Positions 9,706-19,859 of a stretch of 64,000 bases of DNA are shown piece by piece. The stretch is from Escherichia phage ph0011. A program made the position numbers and the translations under genes. The stretch lies in sequence record OP557969.1, one strand, 5' to 3'. The notes under the pieces are model-generated. The model was not told the origin of the DNA, did no database searches, and saw only the letters and a list, made by a program, of their open reading frames with translations. Every line of letters starts with the position of its first letter. Position 1 is the first letter of the stretch.

Positions 9706-10020
9706 ATGAATAAAGAACTTGCTCAAAAAGGCATTGATCAGTTAAAGTACATTGAAAAGGAACTAATAGAATCAGTTGAATTAATGGTCGAAGATTTCGT
9801 GTTTGATTTTAAGAAAACATTGATTGGATGTAAAGTCAAATGCTGGGACCATACTATCAGGGAATGGTTTAGTACTATAATCCTTGATGTTAAAGTATCG
9901 CGTACTGCTTTTGGTAACTTAGTAAATGGTGAATGCTTTGTATACACTGAATACAATAACGGAACAAGACACCTTTCAAAAGGATGGCACAGACTCGAAG
10001 ATGTAGAATTCATTGAGTAG
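9706..10020 (+). CDS. hypothetical small protein
   Basis: ORF track. Confidence 0.45.
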   Translation: MNKELAQKGIDQLKYIEKELIESVELMVEDFVFDFKKTLIGCKVKCWDHTIREWFSTIILDVKVSRTAFGNLVNGECFVYTEYNNGTRHLSKGWHRLEDVEFIE

Positions 10021-10032
10021 TAAGGAGTAATA

Positions 10033-10965
10033 ATGCCGACTATCACACTAACAGTTGGTTTACCTGGATGTGGTAAAACAACATGGGCAGTACAAGAGAT
10101 TAAAAAAGCCAAATCCAAGACTATCAATATCAACCGTGATGATATTCGTGAATCGATGGCTGGGTCACATGATGCTTACAAATTCAATGATGCTAATGAG
10201 AAGTACGTAACTAATTTACAGTTCAGTGCAGCAAAATTAGCAGCAGAGAATGGTTGGAATATTATTGTATCCGACACAAACCTTAAACCACATTTCCGTG
10301 AACAATGGAAAATGTGGGCTAAAGATAATGGTTATGATTATAAAGAAAAGAACTTCTATGATGATTTTGTACCAAAGGAAGACCGTGGTGCAGATGTTCA
10401 TGAATTCTTTAAGATTAAAGAGTTTGTAAAACTTTGTAAGAAATATAACCTCCAGCGTGAGCGTTCAGTACAAGATAATATCATTGACACAATGGCAGAT
10501 ACGTACTATTATAGTAAGGCATTGCATATTGGTTACTATGGTAATTCTCGTGAAGAAGCGATTATCGTTGATATCGATGGAACTCTTGCTCATAAATGGA
10601 ACCGCAATCCATTTGATGAAAGTACAGTTCTCCAAGATACACCAGACGAAGAAGTTATTTTGTCTGTTATCGCCGAAGCAGTTTTTCATAAACGCAAGAT
10701 TATTGTCATGAGTGGTCGTACTGAAGGGTGTCGTGCTGACACAGAACAGTGGTTGAAGAATTGGGGTGTTCCCTACGATGCATTGTTTATGCGAGGCATT
10801 GATGATAAACGTCCCGATGATGTTGTTAAATTCGACCTGTACATGAAAAATGTGGTTGATCATTACGATGTTAAAAAAGTATATGATGACAGAGCACAAG
10901 TCGTATTCATGTGGCGTAAACTACTTGGATTGAAAGTGATGCAAGTTGCGGAAGGAAATTTTTAG
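10033..10965 (+). CDS. pseT: polynucleotide 5'-kinase/3'-phosphatase (T4 PseT-like)
   Basis: P-loop GLPGCGKTTWA, NINRDD, HAD-type IIVDIDGTLA phosphatase motif; colinear with T4 Pnk. Confidence 0.85.
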   Translation: MPTITLTVGLPGCGKTTWAVQEIKKAKSKTININRDDIRESMAGSHDAYKFNDANEKYVTNLQFSAAKLAAENGWNIIVSDTNLKPHFREQWKMWAKDNGYDYKEKNFYDDFVPKEDRGADVHEFFKIKEFVKLCKKYNLQRERSVQDNIIDTMADTYYYSKALHIGYYGNSREEAIIVDIDGTLAHKWNRNPFDESTVLQDTPDEEVILSVIAEAVFHKRKIIVMSGRTEGCRADTEQWLKNWGVPYDALFMRGIDDKRPDDVVKFDLYMKNVVDHYDVKKVYDDRAQVVFMWRKLLGLKVMQVAEGNF

Positions 10966-10971
10966 TACAAA

Positions 10972-11000
10972 AAGGGATCAGTATATGATCCCTTTTTCTT
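10972..11000 (+). terminator. rho-independent terminator
   Basis: stem agggatca/tgatccct followed by TTTTTCTT. Confidence 0.65.
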
Positions 11001-11191
11001 TTAAGGTACATTATAGTGAATGTAACAACACAAATGTTATTACGAAAAGATTATTTAGAAAATATAGAAAGATTCTATAGAATGTCTTTGTATGAAAATA
11101 AGCATAAAAATTATAATTTTGATAAACTGCTAAATTCCAGTACTGATGATTATTTATTTTCATCAATGTTTTATGTGAGAGGATTATTGTA

Positions 11192-11452
11192 ATGGATAAA
11201 TTTCATACAGATATAACACAGATAGGTAACCTTATCAATAGTCTAATTACTGATTTAGAAGAAAAGTACTTAGGGCGAAATGTATACGTAGAAATGTATG
11301 AAACATATGGTGTTATTGATATGATTTATTATAGTGCATTGAAATATGAAATACGTTTAACTGTATGTTTATATGAAAAAGGTACATTTAAAAGAAGTTC
11401 TGCAATCCGTCAAGTCGGAGTTGACGACATTGAATTATACGAGGAACAATGA
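11192..11452 (+). CDS. hypothetical small protein (helix then K-Y-x-G-x-x-V family)
   Basis: ORF track; EEKYLGRNVYVEMY motif. Confidence 0.5.
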   Translation: MDKFHTDITQIGNLINSLITDLEEKYLGRNVYVEMYETYGVIDMIYYSALKYEIRLTVCLYEKGTFKRSSAIRQVGVDDIELYEEQ

Positions 11453-11703
11453 TGTTTGAGCAGGACTTAGAGCTATTCAAAAGTTATATTGAGTACTTAG
11501 TTACTTTAGAAAAAGAGCTAACTGCAAAGTACAAGGGTGTTCGTGTTCAGTGCTGGTATGACGATTGTGATTATAAACGTGAACTTATTATTGACCGAAT
11601 ATATTTCATCGATGGTGTATTGAATGTACATGGTGTTAATGATTTTGGACATTCATATACTTATTCAAATAATGCAAAATTCAAGAGGATTGACAATGAA
11701 TGA
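11449..11703 (+). CDS. hypothetical small protein (same loose family)
   Basis: TAKYKGVRVQCWY motif; coupled start. Confidence 0.5.
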   Translation: MMFEQDLELFKSYIEYLVTLEKELTAKYKGVRVQCWYDDCDYKRELIIDRIYFIDGVLNVHGVNDFGHSYTYSNNAKFKRIDNE

Positions 11704-11998
11704 GTATTATCAAAATTTATTCAAATACATAAAACTAATAGATGATCTTGCTTTTGATTTTCTTAGTACTGATAAAGTTGATGAGCCTTTATATTATGAT
11801 TGTATTGGTTCACTTTGTTCATATGAAAAAGAAATATTAGAAAACAATTTACCATCAACGCTCTGTATTATCAATGGTTCTAAAGCGGTGGTGGTAGATG
11901 TTAATTTTTATAAATCACTTAATACAATTGTTTACAAGTTTGATAACACTGGGTTTAATCATATAACAGGTAATATTAAATCTGTGAGGTTCTTATGA
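11696..11998 (+). CDS. hypothetical small protein
   Basis: ATG 11696 overlaps upstream stop (ATGAATGA); ORF-track 11624 start is probably an extension. Confidence 0.45.
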   Translation: MNEYYQNLFKYIKLIDDLAFDFLSTDKVDEPLYYDCIGSLCSYEKEILENNLPSTLCIINGSKAVVVDVNFYKSLNTIVYKFDNTGFNHITGNIKSVRFL

Positions 11999-12291
11999 AT
12001 TTAAAACATTTGTTAGAACAGGCTCATTTATTGTATAGCTGTGCTGATGGTTCTGGTAAGGAGTATAGTGAAGTTTATTTAGAACTGTTTAGAACGGAAA
12101 TACACATAATTAGAAGATACTTAATTGATAATAAAACTGAAGTAAAAGTTAGATACCATAATGGTACTTTAAAGAATGGTATAATTATTGGATTGATAGT
12201 TTCACGAATGTCTAGTAATATTAAAGTTGCAATTAGATTAATGACTGATGATGGTGTCTACACCATAGAAGTAAGTGAGATTATATATTAA
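11995..12291 (+). CDS. hypothetical small protein
   Basis: ORF track; coupled start. Confidence 0.5.
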   Translation: MNLKHLLEQAHLLYSCADGSGKEYSEVYLELFRTEIHIIRRYLIDNKTEVKVRYHNGTLKNGIIIGLIVSRMSSNIKVAIRLMTDDGVYTIEVSEIIY

Positions 12292-12597
12292 ATGGATATA
12301 CAAACATTCAATAAACTTAAGTACTACGACAATGGTTTTACTATTATTATTAATGAACTGGATGGGATACCATATGAGTATCATAATGGTGTAATGAAAA
12401 TATTAAAAAGTATTTGTGATGATTTAAAAACTATATTTGAAAATGAATATGTTTACGACTTAGGCATAAACAATAAAAAATTATACATAAAGAAATTCAG
12501 TGGGACGCATTGTGGGCTGATGGTTAATTTGGGTTTATGTGCTGACAATAATTTTGAAGCATGTAGTTTATATCTGGATGAAATGCGAATCTCATGA
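12292..12597 (+). CDS. hypothetical small protein
   Basis: ATG immediately after upstream TAA. Confidence 0.5.
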   Translation: MDIQTFNKLKYYDNGFTIIINELDGIPYEYHNGVMKILKSICDDLKTIFENEYVYDLGINNKKLYIKKFSGTHCGLMVNLGLCADNNFEACSLYLDEMRIS

Positions 12598-12614
12598 GAC
12601 ATATCTTGAATCGG

Positions 12615-12623
12615 TGATATAAT
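12615..12623 (+). promoter_or_regulatory. extended -10 promoter element TGATATAAT
   Basis: exact 9-mer in intergenic gap upstream of 12656 gene. Confidence 0.4.
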
Positions 12624-12655
12624 TTCATTACAACACTGACAATGGAGTAGATGTT

Positions 12656-12985
12656 GTGGATGACGATTTTTTTAAAACGTTGGATAAAACGATAGTTATT
12701 CTATCTAGTTCATTAATGCACATTTTCAGTACTGATAATTCTTATAGTTCACATACATTTGATTTAATATGTAATAACTATGTAAATGGTATATCAGATG
12801 ATTTATGTCCATTTATTGCATATTTACTCGATGATAGTGAAGAATTTAATATATGCAACATTAGTTGTGGATTTGGTGATTGGATTGTGTTAAATGAACG
12901 TGGTGGGATCTGTTTATACACCGAAGATATTGGTAAATTTATATATAAAGGAGTAGAATATGTTAACAATCGCAGCAGTTATTAG
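12656..12985 (+). CDS. hypothetical protein (GTG start)
   Basis: GGAG 8 nt upstream of GTG. Confidence 0.45.
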   Translation: MDDDFFKTLDKTIVILSSSLMHIFSTDNSYSSHTFDLICNNYVNGISDDLCPFIAYLLDDSEEFNICNISCGFGDWIVLNERGGICLYTEDIGKFIYKGVEYVNNRSSY

Positions 12986-13550
12986 TGTACTAGGCGTAGC
13001 CATTACAGGTATGCTTGCTTACAATTACAACCGTAGTGTTATCGGTTATGTACTACTTAGTCTAGTACTAACACCAGTACTAGCCATCGTTACTTTATTA
13101 GTATTAGGTGAACGTAAAATCAACTTCATTATTAATGATAAACGTGATCAAGTTACACCCGAACCCGAAAAAGTTATCAATGAAGAACGAGAAGAGCAAA
13201 AAGTTGAAGTTCAAATGAAAGTGAATGTTCACAACGCACTTGATGAAACTGACCCTAAAGTTAATATTACTGTTGTTCCTAAAGTCAATGAAGTAAAGCC
13301 TAAAACAGCAACAAAAAGTTCTAAATCAAAGAAAAGCACCAAGACCACAAAGAAAGCTCGCAACACAAAAGGTAAGAATAAAAACAAAGTTCAAGATGAA
13401 CCACAACAAGACACACATGATCATACTTCCCATATTATTACAGCAGCTACAACCGCAGCAGTTGTGACACCATATATCTCTTCTGCTGATACTGGTTCAT
13501 ATGATAGCTCTAGCTGTGATTCAAACACTAGTTCTGGAAGCGGTGATTAA
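12960..13550 (+). CDS. membrane-anchored protein with Lys-rich low-complexity region
   Basis: two N-terminal hydrophobic helices; KTATKSSKSKKSTKTTKKARNTKGKNKNK tract. Confidence 0.55.
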   Translation: MLTIAAVISVLGVAITGMLAYNYNRSVIGYVLLSLVLTPVLAIVTLLVLGERKINFIINDKRDQVTPEPEKVINEEREEQKVEVQMKVNVHNALDETDPKVNITVVPKVNEVKPKTATKSSKSKKSTKTTKKARNTKGKNKNKVQDEPQQDTHDHTSHIITAATTAAVVTPYISSADTGSYDSSSCDSNTSSGSGD

Positions 13551-13552
13551 CA

Positions 13553-13885
13553 ATGAAACATCTTGTACAATATAATCAGTACTTGATTTCATTACACAAA
13601 ATGAAAGATGATTTCTTTAGAAGTGCTGAGATTGAACTCGTTGGTAAGATAGTAAAATTTACTGACGAGTATATCAAAAGATACACTGACATAGATGATG
13701 ACCCAGAGTATGAATCATACTACCAGTACATAAATCAATATACTAGAATGCGAATTGTTGGAATTTTAAAATTCGGTATACGATTAGTTGCACATGTGGA
13801 ATTCATCAATTACGAAGCAATTGATGCAGCAGCCTTTGGGGATGAAATTAGTTTAGATCATCTTATACTAGTTGATGAGGAATAA
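13553..13885 (+). CDS. hypothetical protein
   Basis: ORF track. Confidence 0.5.
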   Translation: MKHLVQYNQYLISLHKMKDDFFRSAEIELVGKIVKFTDEYIKRYTDIDDDPEYESYYQYINQYTRMRIVGILKFGIRLVAHVEFINYEAIDAAAFGDEISLDHLILVDEE

Positions 13886-13887
13886 TA

Positions 13888-14103
13888 ATGATTACATTTT
13901 TTGCAATATATGGGTTTGTTGCGTTTTGTTCATTTATATGTAACTTTCTAGTACTAAATTGGAATTGTTTCAAAGATGAAATCATAACTGCAATGAGTCT
14001 GCAATCAGCAGCACTAATGGCTATAATTTGGCCTGTAACTATGGTGTATCTTTTTATCTCAATAATAAAAGATATCACATCCCACTTCAAGAGAAAGAAA
14101 TAA
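13888..14103 (+). CDS. small membrane protein
   Basis: hydrophobic throughout (FFAIYGFVAFCSFICNFLVL). Confidence 0.45.
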   Translation: MITFFAIYGFVAFCSFICNFLVLNWNCFKDEIITAMSLQSAALMAIIWPVTMVYLFISIIKDITSHFKRKK

Positions 14104-14354
14104 TGTTTAACACAGACTATTCACATTTACGATATCTTATGTCTTTGGCTGATGATTTTATTAATGATTTGAAGCCTAAGTATATTGGACAGGAAGTAAG
14201 TTTGATAAACTCTAGGGGTTATGGAAAGTACATTATTACTGATATGTATATTAGCGGTGGAGAATGGCGTTTCAAAGTTAATACGTATCTTAAAGATGGT
14301 TCTTTTGCAGGTACACAAGTTACAAAACACACTAACATTATATGGTTGAAATAA
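14103..14354 (+). CDS. hypothetical small protein (K-Y-I-G-x-x-V family)
   Basis: ATG 14103 overlaps upstream TAA; LKPKYIGQEVSL motif. Confidence 0.5.
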   Translation: MFNTDYSHLRYLMSLADDFINDLKPKYIGQEVSLINSRGYGKYIITDMYISGGEWRFKVNTYLKDGSFAGTQVTKHTNIIWLK

Positions 14355-14356
14355 TA

Positions 14357-15100
14357 ATGAAACATTTCTTAGAAGTTACAGTACCGGATGATAAAGATTT
14401 ATATATTGTTGGTGATTTACATGGTAATGGAAAACTGTGGGACGCGACTAAGAAAGAGTTCGGTGTCACCAACGAAGATTACGTGTTTTCTGTTGGTGAT
14501 GTTATTGACCGTGGTGACCAGAACTCTAAGCTTCTATTTGAATTCCTTTTCGGTGAAAACCGTTTTATGATTACTGGGAACCACGAGATGATGTGTGTTG
14601 ATTCTGAAACTCATCGTGACTGGTATCACTGTTGGGTCCAAAATGGTGGAGATAAGTTCATTGATGAAGTTGGGGTAACAGGCATTCAATTCTTTCGTCA
14701 GTACTTAAATGATCTCCCTATGATTATCCAAATCAATCACCGAGGATTGAAGATTGGGTTAGTTCATGCAGGTGTTCCATTGGAATATACAACATGGGAA
14801 CGTTTCGTTAATGGGACAAAATCACTTAGTGCTGATATAATTGAGAAGTGCTTGTGGGAACGTGATACATTTGACTACTGCAAGAAAAATAACACATATT
14901 ACGCCCCTAGACTTGATGGTATCCATTGCGTATTTAGTGGTCATACCGCAGTATCTGACCCACTCATTTATGGTAATCGTATTTGGATTGATAGTCAGTT
15001 TTTAACAGGTGATTTGACTCTTGCAACTCCACAAAGCGGTGGGATGAGATACTTACGTAAAGAAAAAGATGAGTACTCATTCAATCGTTTCAAAAGGTAA
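14357..15100 (+). CDS. Ser/Thr protein phosphatase-type metallophosphoesterase
   Basis: GDLHG, GDVIDRGD, GNHE calcineurin-like metal-binding motifs. Confidence 0.75.
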   Translation: MKHFLEVTVPDDKDLYIVGDLHGNGKLWDATKKEFGVTNEDYVFSVGDVIDRGDQNSKLLFEFLFGENRFMITGNHEMMCVDSETHRDWYHCWVQNGGDKFIDEVGVTGIQFFRQYLNDLPMIIQINHRGLKIGLVHAGVPLEYTTWERFVNGTKSLSADIIEKCLWERDTFDYCKKNNTYYAPRLDGIHCVFSGHTAVSDPLIYGNRIWIDSQFLTGDLTLATPQSGGMRYLRKEKDEYSFNRFKR

Positions 15101-15105
15101 TAATT

Positions 15106-15366
15106 ATGCATGACGTAATTAAAAAATACTTAAATGATAGATATGTCCTGACAAAATCTATTAATTCTATACTAAAAGACCATGCTAATCAAATACATGA
15201 GATTCTATCCGAGAAACTTATTGGTTGTTCAGTTGAATTTGACTACAAAAAGAATATCGGAGTTATTCGACGTGTAGTTGATGTTTATGAACAAAATGTA
15301 TATGTTGAAATTGTATATGATGGTAAATTATTACAACTAAGTACTGAAGATTTGACATTTTTATAA
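15106..15366 (+). CDS. hypothetical small protein
   Basis: ORF track. Confidence 0.5.
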   Translation: MHDVIKKYLNDRYVLTKSINSILKDHANQIHEILSEKLIGCSVEFDYKKNIGVIRRVVDVYEQNVYVEIVYDGKLLQLSTEDLTFL

Positions 15367-15376
15367 GGAAATAGAA

Positions 15377-15604
15377 ATGAAAGTAATTCAAGTTATGGTA
15401 GAAAAATACCAAACTGAAGATGGTCGCATTTTTGATTCAGCAAAACAAGCTGAACATCATGAACGTATTATTTCTGGTACACGTAAAGTGTGTCCTACAT
15501 GTAATGGAACACAACAAGTACCGTCAGAGGATTACCGCAGCTTTTATGCTTGTCCACAGTGTGACGGTAAAGGTTACGTAGAAAAACAAGAGGTATGGAA
15601 ATGA
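15377..15604 (+). CDS. small zinc-ribbon protein
   Basis: CPTCNG ... CPQCDG. Confidence 0.5.
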   Translation: MKVIQVMVEKYQTEDGRIFDSAKQAEHHERIISGTRKVCPTCNGTQQVPSEDYRSFYACPQCDGKGYVEKQEVWK

Positions 15605-16014
15605 AATTATATTGCTTAACTAATATGTATTGTCAAGGTGTCCAAGCTGGTATTCAAGCATTTCATGCTGGAGTTAAACTAATCAAAGAATATGAAGGTT
15701 CTTCGTTCAGTACTATGATTGATGAATGGTACAATGAGCATGAAACTATTGTAGTACTAAATGCGGGTGGACATGATAAATTAAATTCTTATTATAAAGA
15801 CCTTAACAAACAGGGAACAGTTCCGTTTGCCAAATTCAATGAAGCTGGATTGAATGATGCTATTACATGTATAGCAGTACTGTGTACATCTGAAATGGTT
15901 GAAGATATGTCTATTATGCGTATGAATCTTCCTGCTGGTGATCAGTTAATGCAGGTGAAATATGGATCATTATTTGACACATTAAAAGCAATTAGTACTA
16001 TGAGGACTATTTGA
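15595..16014 (+). CDS. hypothetical protein
   Basis: ORF track. Confidence 0.5.
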   Translation: MEMKLYCLTNMYCQGVQAGIQAFHAGVKLIKEYEGSSFSTMIDEWYNEHETIVVLNAGGHDKLNSYYKDLNKQGTVPFAKFNEAGLNDAITCIAVLCTSEMVEDMSIMRMNLPAGDQLMQVKYGSLFDTLKAISTMRTI

Positions 16015-17213
16015 TGGATTTTCCAGAGAAGTTATTTGTTGCACGTTCCTATATAAACCACAACCAAGTTAATGGTTATATTATCGATGCAACAAAATCA
16101 CACACAAAAGCATTCGAAACAAAGAAAGAAAGAGCTGAGTACTGGGCCAACAAGAACAAACTCCCATCGTTGTATATTGATAATGTACCAACTACAGGTT
16201 TTTGTGTAGTTGATAAATTGACAATTCATGCACGTGAAACATATTTCACTATCCGACATCCTGAAGGATTTGAATTTATGATTAGTTCCAAAAACATGAA
16301 TGATTTGATTATTAATAATGATATAATTAAAGGTGTTTTTGTTGACCCAATGTTTTTCAATAATAACTTAGAGTTGATCAATGGTAAAACAAAAGCATTT
16401 GCTAAGTTGGTTGATAAAGAAAATAAAAAAGAAAAACAAAAAGAAATTGTAGCAGGACTCAAAGTTGGTGATGGCTTCACTTATAACAAAGAAGATTACT
16501 ATTACTGTGGTAAAGTACATGCAATTTGTATAAAGAAAACTAAAGAATTTGCATACCCAGATAAAAGTTCAGTATATCATTTAGTGTTTAATAGTTCTCG
16601 TGGAACTTATGCTTTGAATCAACGTTTGGATAATTACAAACTGGAACCTCGTGCTCTTTTGAATAAGAAGACTACAACAGATGAAGAAATTAAACTTGCT
16701 AATGAATTTTGGCAAAGCTATAGAACAAACAGACATAACCCATTAGGTGAATCTAACATTCCAGTACTGGTACACAATAAATCATTTAAAGCAAAAGACC
16801 TTAAAATTAAATACGAAGAAATAAATGTTGATGATCTTATGAACAATGGACGTTTCAACGAAAACGTACCATTCATGACTAAAGATAATGAACAATCTTA
16901 TCGCGTATTTTTTGGTGTAAGTAATAATACAACACGTAGTTATTACGGGCGTAGTGGAGATTACACTATCCATTACAATGATAAATTTGAACGATTTAGT
17001 GCATATCCAGTTCAAATAGATGATAATGGAATTATGGTAATGGATGTTGATATTAACACACACTCTTCATTCAGTACATGGAATGGTCATCGTTCTCCAT
17101 TCTTTCCACCAAATGAACGCAAAACATCAAGTACTCGTTACTATCAAGATAAGCCGTGTCACGTACAACTAGCAATCAGCAATCCACTTTACATTGGAAA
17201 GTATTATCTATAA
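16011..17213 (+). CDS. hypothetical 400-aa protein
   Basis: long ORF, coupled start; no motif recognised. Confidence 0.6.
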   Translation: MMDFPEKLFVARSYINHNQVNGYIIDATKSHTKAFETKKERAEYWANKNKLPSLYIDNVPTTGFCVVDKLTIHARETYFTIRHPEGFEFMISSKNMNDLIINNDIIKGVFVDPMFFNNNLELINGKTKAFAKLVDKENKKEKQKEIVAGLKVGDGFTYNKEDYYYCGKVHAICIKKTKEFAYPDKSSVYHLVFNSSRGTYALNQRLDNYKLEPRALLNKKTTTDEEIKLANEFWQSYRTNRHNPLGESNIPVLVHNKSFKAKDLKIKYEEINVDDLMNNGRFNENVPFMTKDNEQSYRVFFGVSNNTTRSYYGRSGDYTIHYNDKFERFSAYPVQIDDNGIMVMDVDINTHSSFSTWNGHRSPFFPPNERKTSSTRYYQDKPCHVQLAISNPLYIGKYYL

Positions 17214-17224
17214 AGGAATATACA

Positions 17225-18643
17225 ATGAGCATTTTAGCAATTATTGAAAGCATTAAAAATACTAGTAGTACACTAGGCAAAAAAGCTATCCTTGAACAAA
17301 ATAAAGATAACTTAACTTTACAAAAAGTACTGAAATATACTCTCGACCCTTCAATTGTAAGTGGCTATAAGAAACTCCCTGCCGCTGATGACGTAGATCA
17401 ACATATGACGTTAGATGAAGCAATTGATAAGCTAGAATGCATTTACAAGCGTAGCTTGACAGGAAATGCGGGGCGTGATTTCATTGCTTCAGTACTGGGT
17501 TCAGTATCAGAAGATGATCAGGAAGTTCTCCGTAAAATGCTCACTAAGAACCTTGATTGTGGTATCCAAGAAAAGAACTGCAATGATGTGTTTGGTAAAG
17601 GATTCATCAAAGACGAACCATATATGCGTTGTTCTTTGATTGACAAAAAGACTGCAAAGAACATTAACTTCAAAGACTATGGCTATGCAGTCTCTGAGGT
17701 GAAAATGGATGGTCAGTACTTGAACCACGTTGTCATTAATGGTTCATTAACTTCTACATCCCGTAATGGTAAACTCTACGACTTCCTGGGTTGTCGTGAT
17801 GGTGAGATGGCAGGTCTTGCTCACATCATCCAAAGTAAAGATGAACGTTTTAGTAGTGGTGTAGTCTTTATGGGTGAAGGTGTAGTACTGGATACTGATG
17901 GAGAAACCATTCTCCCGCGTACTACAGGTAATGGTATTATTCAGAAAGCTGGAAAAGATTCAATCACTCAAAGTGAAGCAATGCGTACTGTATTCGTTCT
18001 ATGGGATGTTGTTCCATATGATGCATTCAGTGAAGGTGTATGGAATGTAAAACGTAAAGAACGCCGCGAGATCTTAGTTGGTGCAATCAATGAACTCGGT
18101 AGTGAATTTGTTCGTATGGTTGGGTTCCGTAAAGTTAACAACATCAAAGAAGCATTTGAGTACAACAGTGAACTGATGAACAAAGGTGAAGAAGGTTCAG
18201 TACTGAAATGTGAAGATGGTATCTGGAAATCTCATACTTCTCCTAAGCAGTTGAAAATGAAACTTAAGATGCAATTGGATTTGCGTATTGTTGGTTTCAA
18301 TGAAGGTGAAGGTAAGCGTAAAGGTAGCCTTGGTTCTTTACAACTGGAAAGTGCATGTGGTACACTAAAAGTAAATGTAGGTACAGGTATCCGTGAAAAA
18401 GATGCCGAATGGACGTTTAAAACCATTTGGGAAAGAATGCAAGAACTCATTGGTAAAGTAGTAACCGTGGAGTGCAATGATATAGTACAAGATAAGCGTA
18501 CTGGCGAACCATCACTATTTTTACCTGTGTTTATTGAATTTAGATTTGACAAAAACACTTGCGACGATTATACTCGTATCTTAGAAATTCGTGATAGTGC
18601 AGTTGAAGTGTTTTCAAACAGTATTATTGAAGTTTTAGGTTAA
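17225..18643 (+). CDS. ATP-dependent DNA ligase (T4 gp30-like)
   Basis: N-terminus MSILAIIESIKNTSSTLGKKAILEQNKDN parallels T4 ligase; KMDG adenylation lysine motif; start set at ATG 17225 after AAGGAA (ORF track begins 17156). Confidence 0.85.
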   Translation: MSILAIIESIKNTSSTLGKKAILEQNKDNLTLQKVLKYTLDPSIVSGYKKLPAADDVDQHMTLDEAIDKLECIYKRSLTGNAGRDFIASVLGSVSEDDQEVLRKMLTKNLDCGIQEKNCNDVFGKGFIKDEPYMRCSLIDKKTAKNINFKDYGYAVSEVKMDGQYLNHVVINGSLTSTSRNGKLYDFLGCRDGEMAGLAHIIQSKDERFSSGVVFMGEGVVLDTDGETILPRTTGNGIIQKAGKDSITQSEAMRTVFVLWDVVPYDAFSEGVWNVKRKERREILVGAINELGSEFVRMVGFRKVNNIKEAFEYNSELMNKGEEGSVLKCEDGIWKSHTSPKQLKMKLKMQLDLRIVGFNEGEGKRKGSLGSLQLESACGTLKVNVGTGIREKDAEWTFKTIWERMQELIGKVVTVECNDIVQDKRTGEPSLFLPVFIEFRFDKNTCDDYTRILEIRDSAVEVFSNSIIEVLG

Positions 18644-18662
18644 CCATTTATTGGAGGTAATT

Positions 18663-19454
18663 ATGAAATTTGTCGTAACATCTGATGTACACGGTAGTAC
18701 TGATTACCTCCATAGTGGGGATTACAGCGATACAGTACTGATTATTGCGGGAGACTTCGATGAAGTTAAACGAAGTCGTTATCGTACTGGTATTGAATCA
18801 CTGTGTAAGCAGTTCAAGAATGTAGTTCTGGTTCCAGGAAACCATGAGTATTATGGTTCAAACATTCACAAAACGCATCGAGTACTGTCCGATATGCAAG
18901 ATGAGATTCCAAATTTCATCTTTTTGCAAAACAAATTTGTATGGCTGGATGGTGTACTGCTCGTTGGTAGCACACTATGGACTGACTTTGATAAAGGCAA
19001 TGCACTGGTTAAGTTTGATGCTCAACAAAAGATGAATGATTATAAACACATTCGTCATGGAACAACATCAGAACCGTGGAAACGTAAACTCAAACCTGAT
19101 GATGTTGAGTTCATGCATTATCAGGATAAACAATTTATCAAAAATTCAGTTGATACAGTTCGTCTAATGAATGATAATGATATCAAGGTTGTGGTGGTAA
19201 CACATCATGCACCAAGTTATCAGAGTGTATCTCCGAGATACAAGAATGACTCACTGAATGGATGTTATTGTTCTGATATGGACCAGTACATCGAAGATTT
19301 GGGTGCTGATGTTTGGATTCATGGTCACGTTCATAGTAGCTTTGACTACCACATTGGTAAGACACGTATCATTTGTAATCCACGAGGCTATGAATCGTAC
19401 AGTGGTGCTTGTGAGAATTTTGATTACAATCCAAAATTTGTAGTTGAAATCTAA
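18663..19454 (+). CDS. calcineurin-like metallophosphoesterase
   Basis: SDVHG, AGDFDE, GNHEYY, HGHVHS motifs; ATG 18663 follows GGAGG. Confidence 0.7.
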   Translation: MKFVVTSDVHGSTDYLHSGDYSDTVLIIAGDFDEVKRSRYRTGIESLCKQFKNVVLVPGNHEYYGSNIHKTHRVLSDMQDEIPNFIFLQNKFVWLDGVLLVGSTLWTDFDKGNALVKFDAQQKMNDYKHIRHGTTSEPWKRKLKPDDVEFMHYQDKQFIKNSVDTVRLMNDNDIKVVVVTHHAPSYQSVSPRYKNDSLNGCYCSDMDQYIEDLGADVWIHGHVHSSFDYHIGKTRIICNPRGYESYSGACENFDYNPKFVVEI

Positions 19455-19463
19455 GGTAAGGTT

Positions 19464-19859
19464 ATGATACATACATTTCACATTGATGATAAGATGCTTG
19501 TTATATTGAGTTGCTGTCATATGTTTCAACGATTGGGTATGCGTATGCTATACTCTTGTGACAAAATCCAATACTACAATCCTGATGGTACTGGTACAGT
19601 GATGAAAGATAGATATAACTTCACCCGTGATGTAAAACGAGCAGACGATTTAGATTCATTTGTGGGAAAGGCGTATGTTCTTGTTCATGATGACAGTCGT
19701 GGTGATGTGTTACCATTCAGCACTTTATCAATTAATATGTTCTTTAAATATGAACAATTTTCAAATACACTAAGAATGATTGAGATTGATTTTGATAACA
19801 TTCCTGTTGGTACACGTTATGAATTTCTTTATGCCCTTACCACAATAGGGGTGTACTGA
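19464..19859 (+). CDS. hypothetical protein
   Basis: ORF track. Confidence 0.5.
   Translation: MIHTFHIDDKMLVILSCCHMFQRLGMRMLYSCDKIQYYNPDGTGTVMKDRYNFTRDVKRADDLDSFVGKAYVLVHDDSRGDVLPFSTLSINMFFKYEQFSNTLRMIEIDFDNIPVGTRYEFLYALTTIGVY

Noticed and set aside
10465-10899. 144-aa minus-strand ORF inside pseT (similar antisense ORFs lie at 8270-8593, 9738-10133, 16782-17063, 18232-18558, 30841-31377, 38589-38906)
   Set aside because: Fully embedded antisense to well-supported + strand genes with recognisable homology; typical AT-rich chance ORFs.
11000-11191. Possible 36-aa ORF (MSLYENKHK...) in the gap after pseT
   Set aside because: No SD-like sequence; the AT-rich gap is more likely promoter/regulatory DNA.
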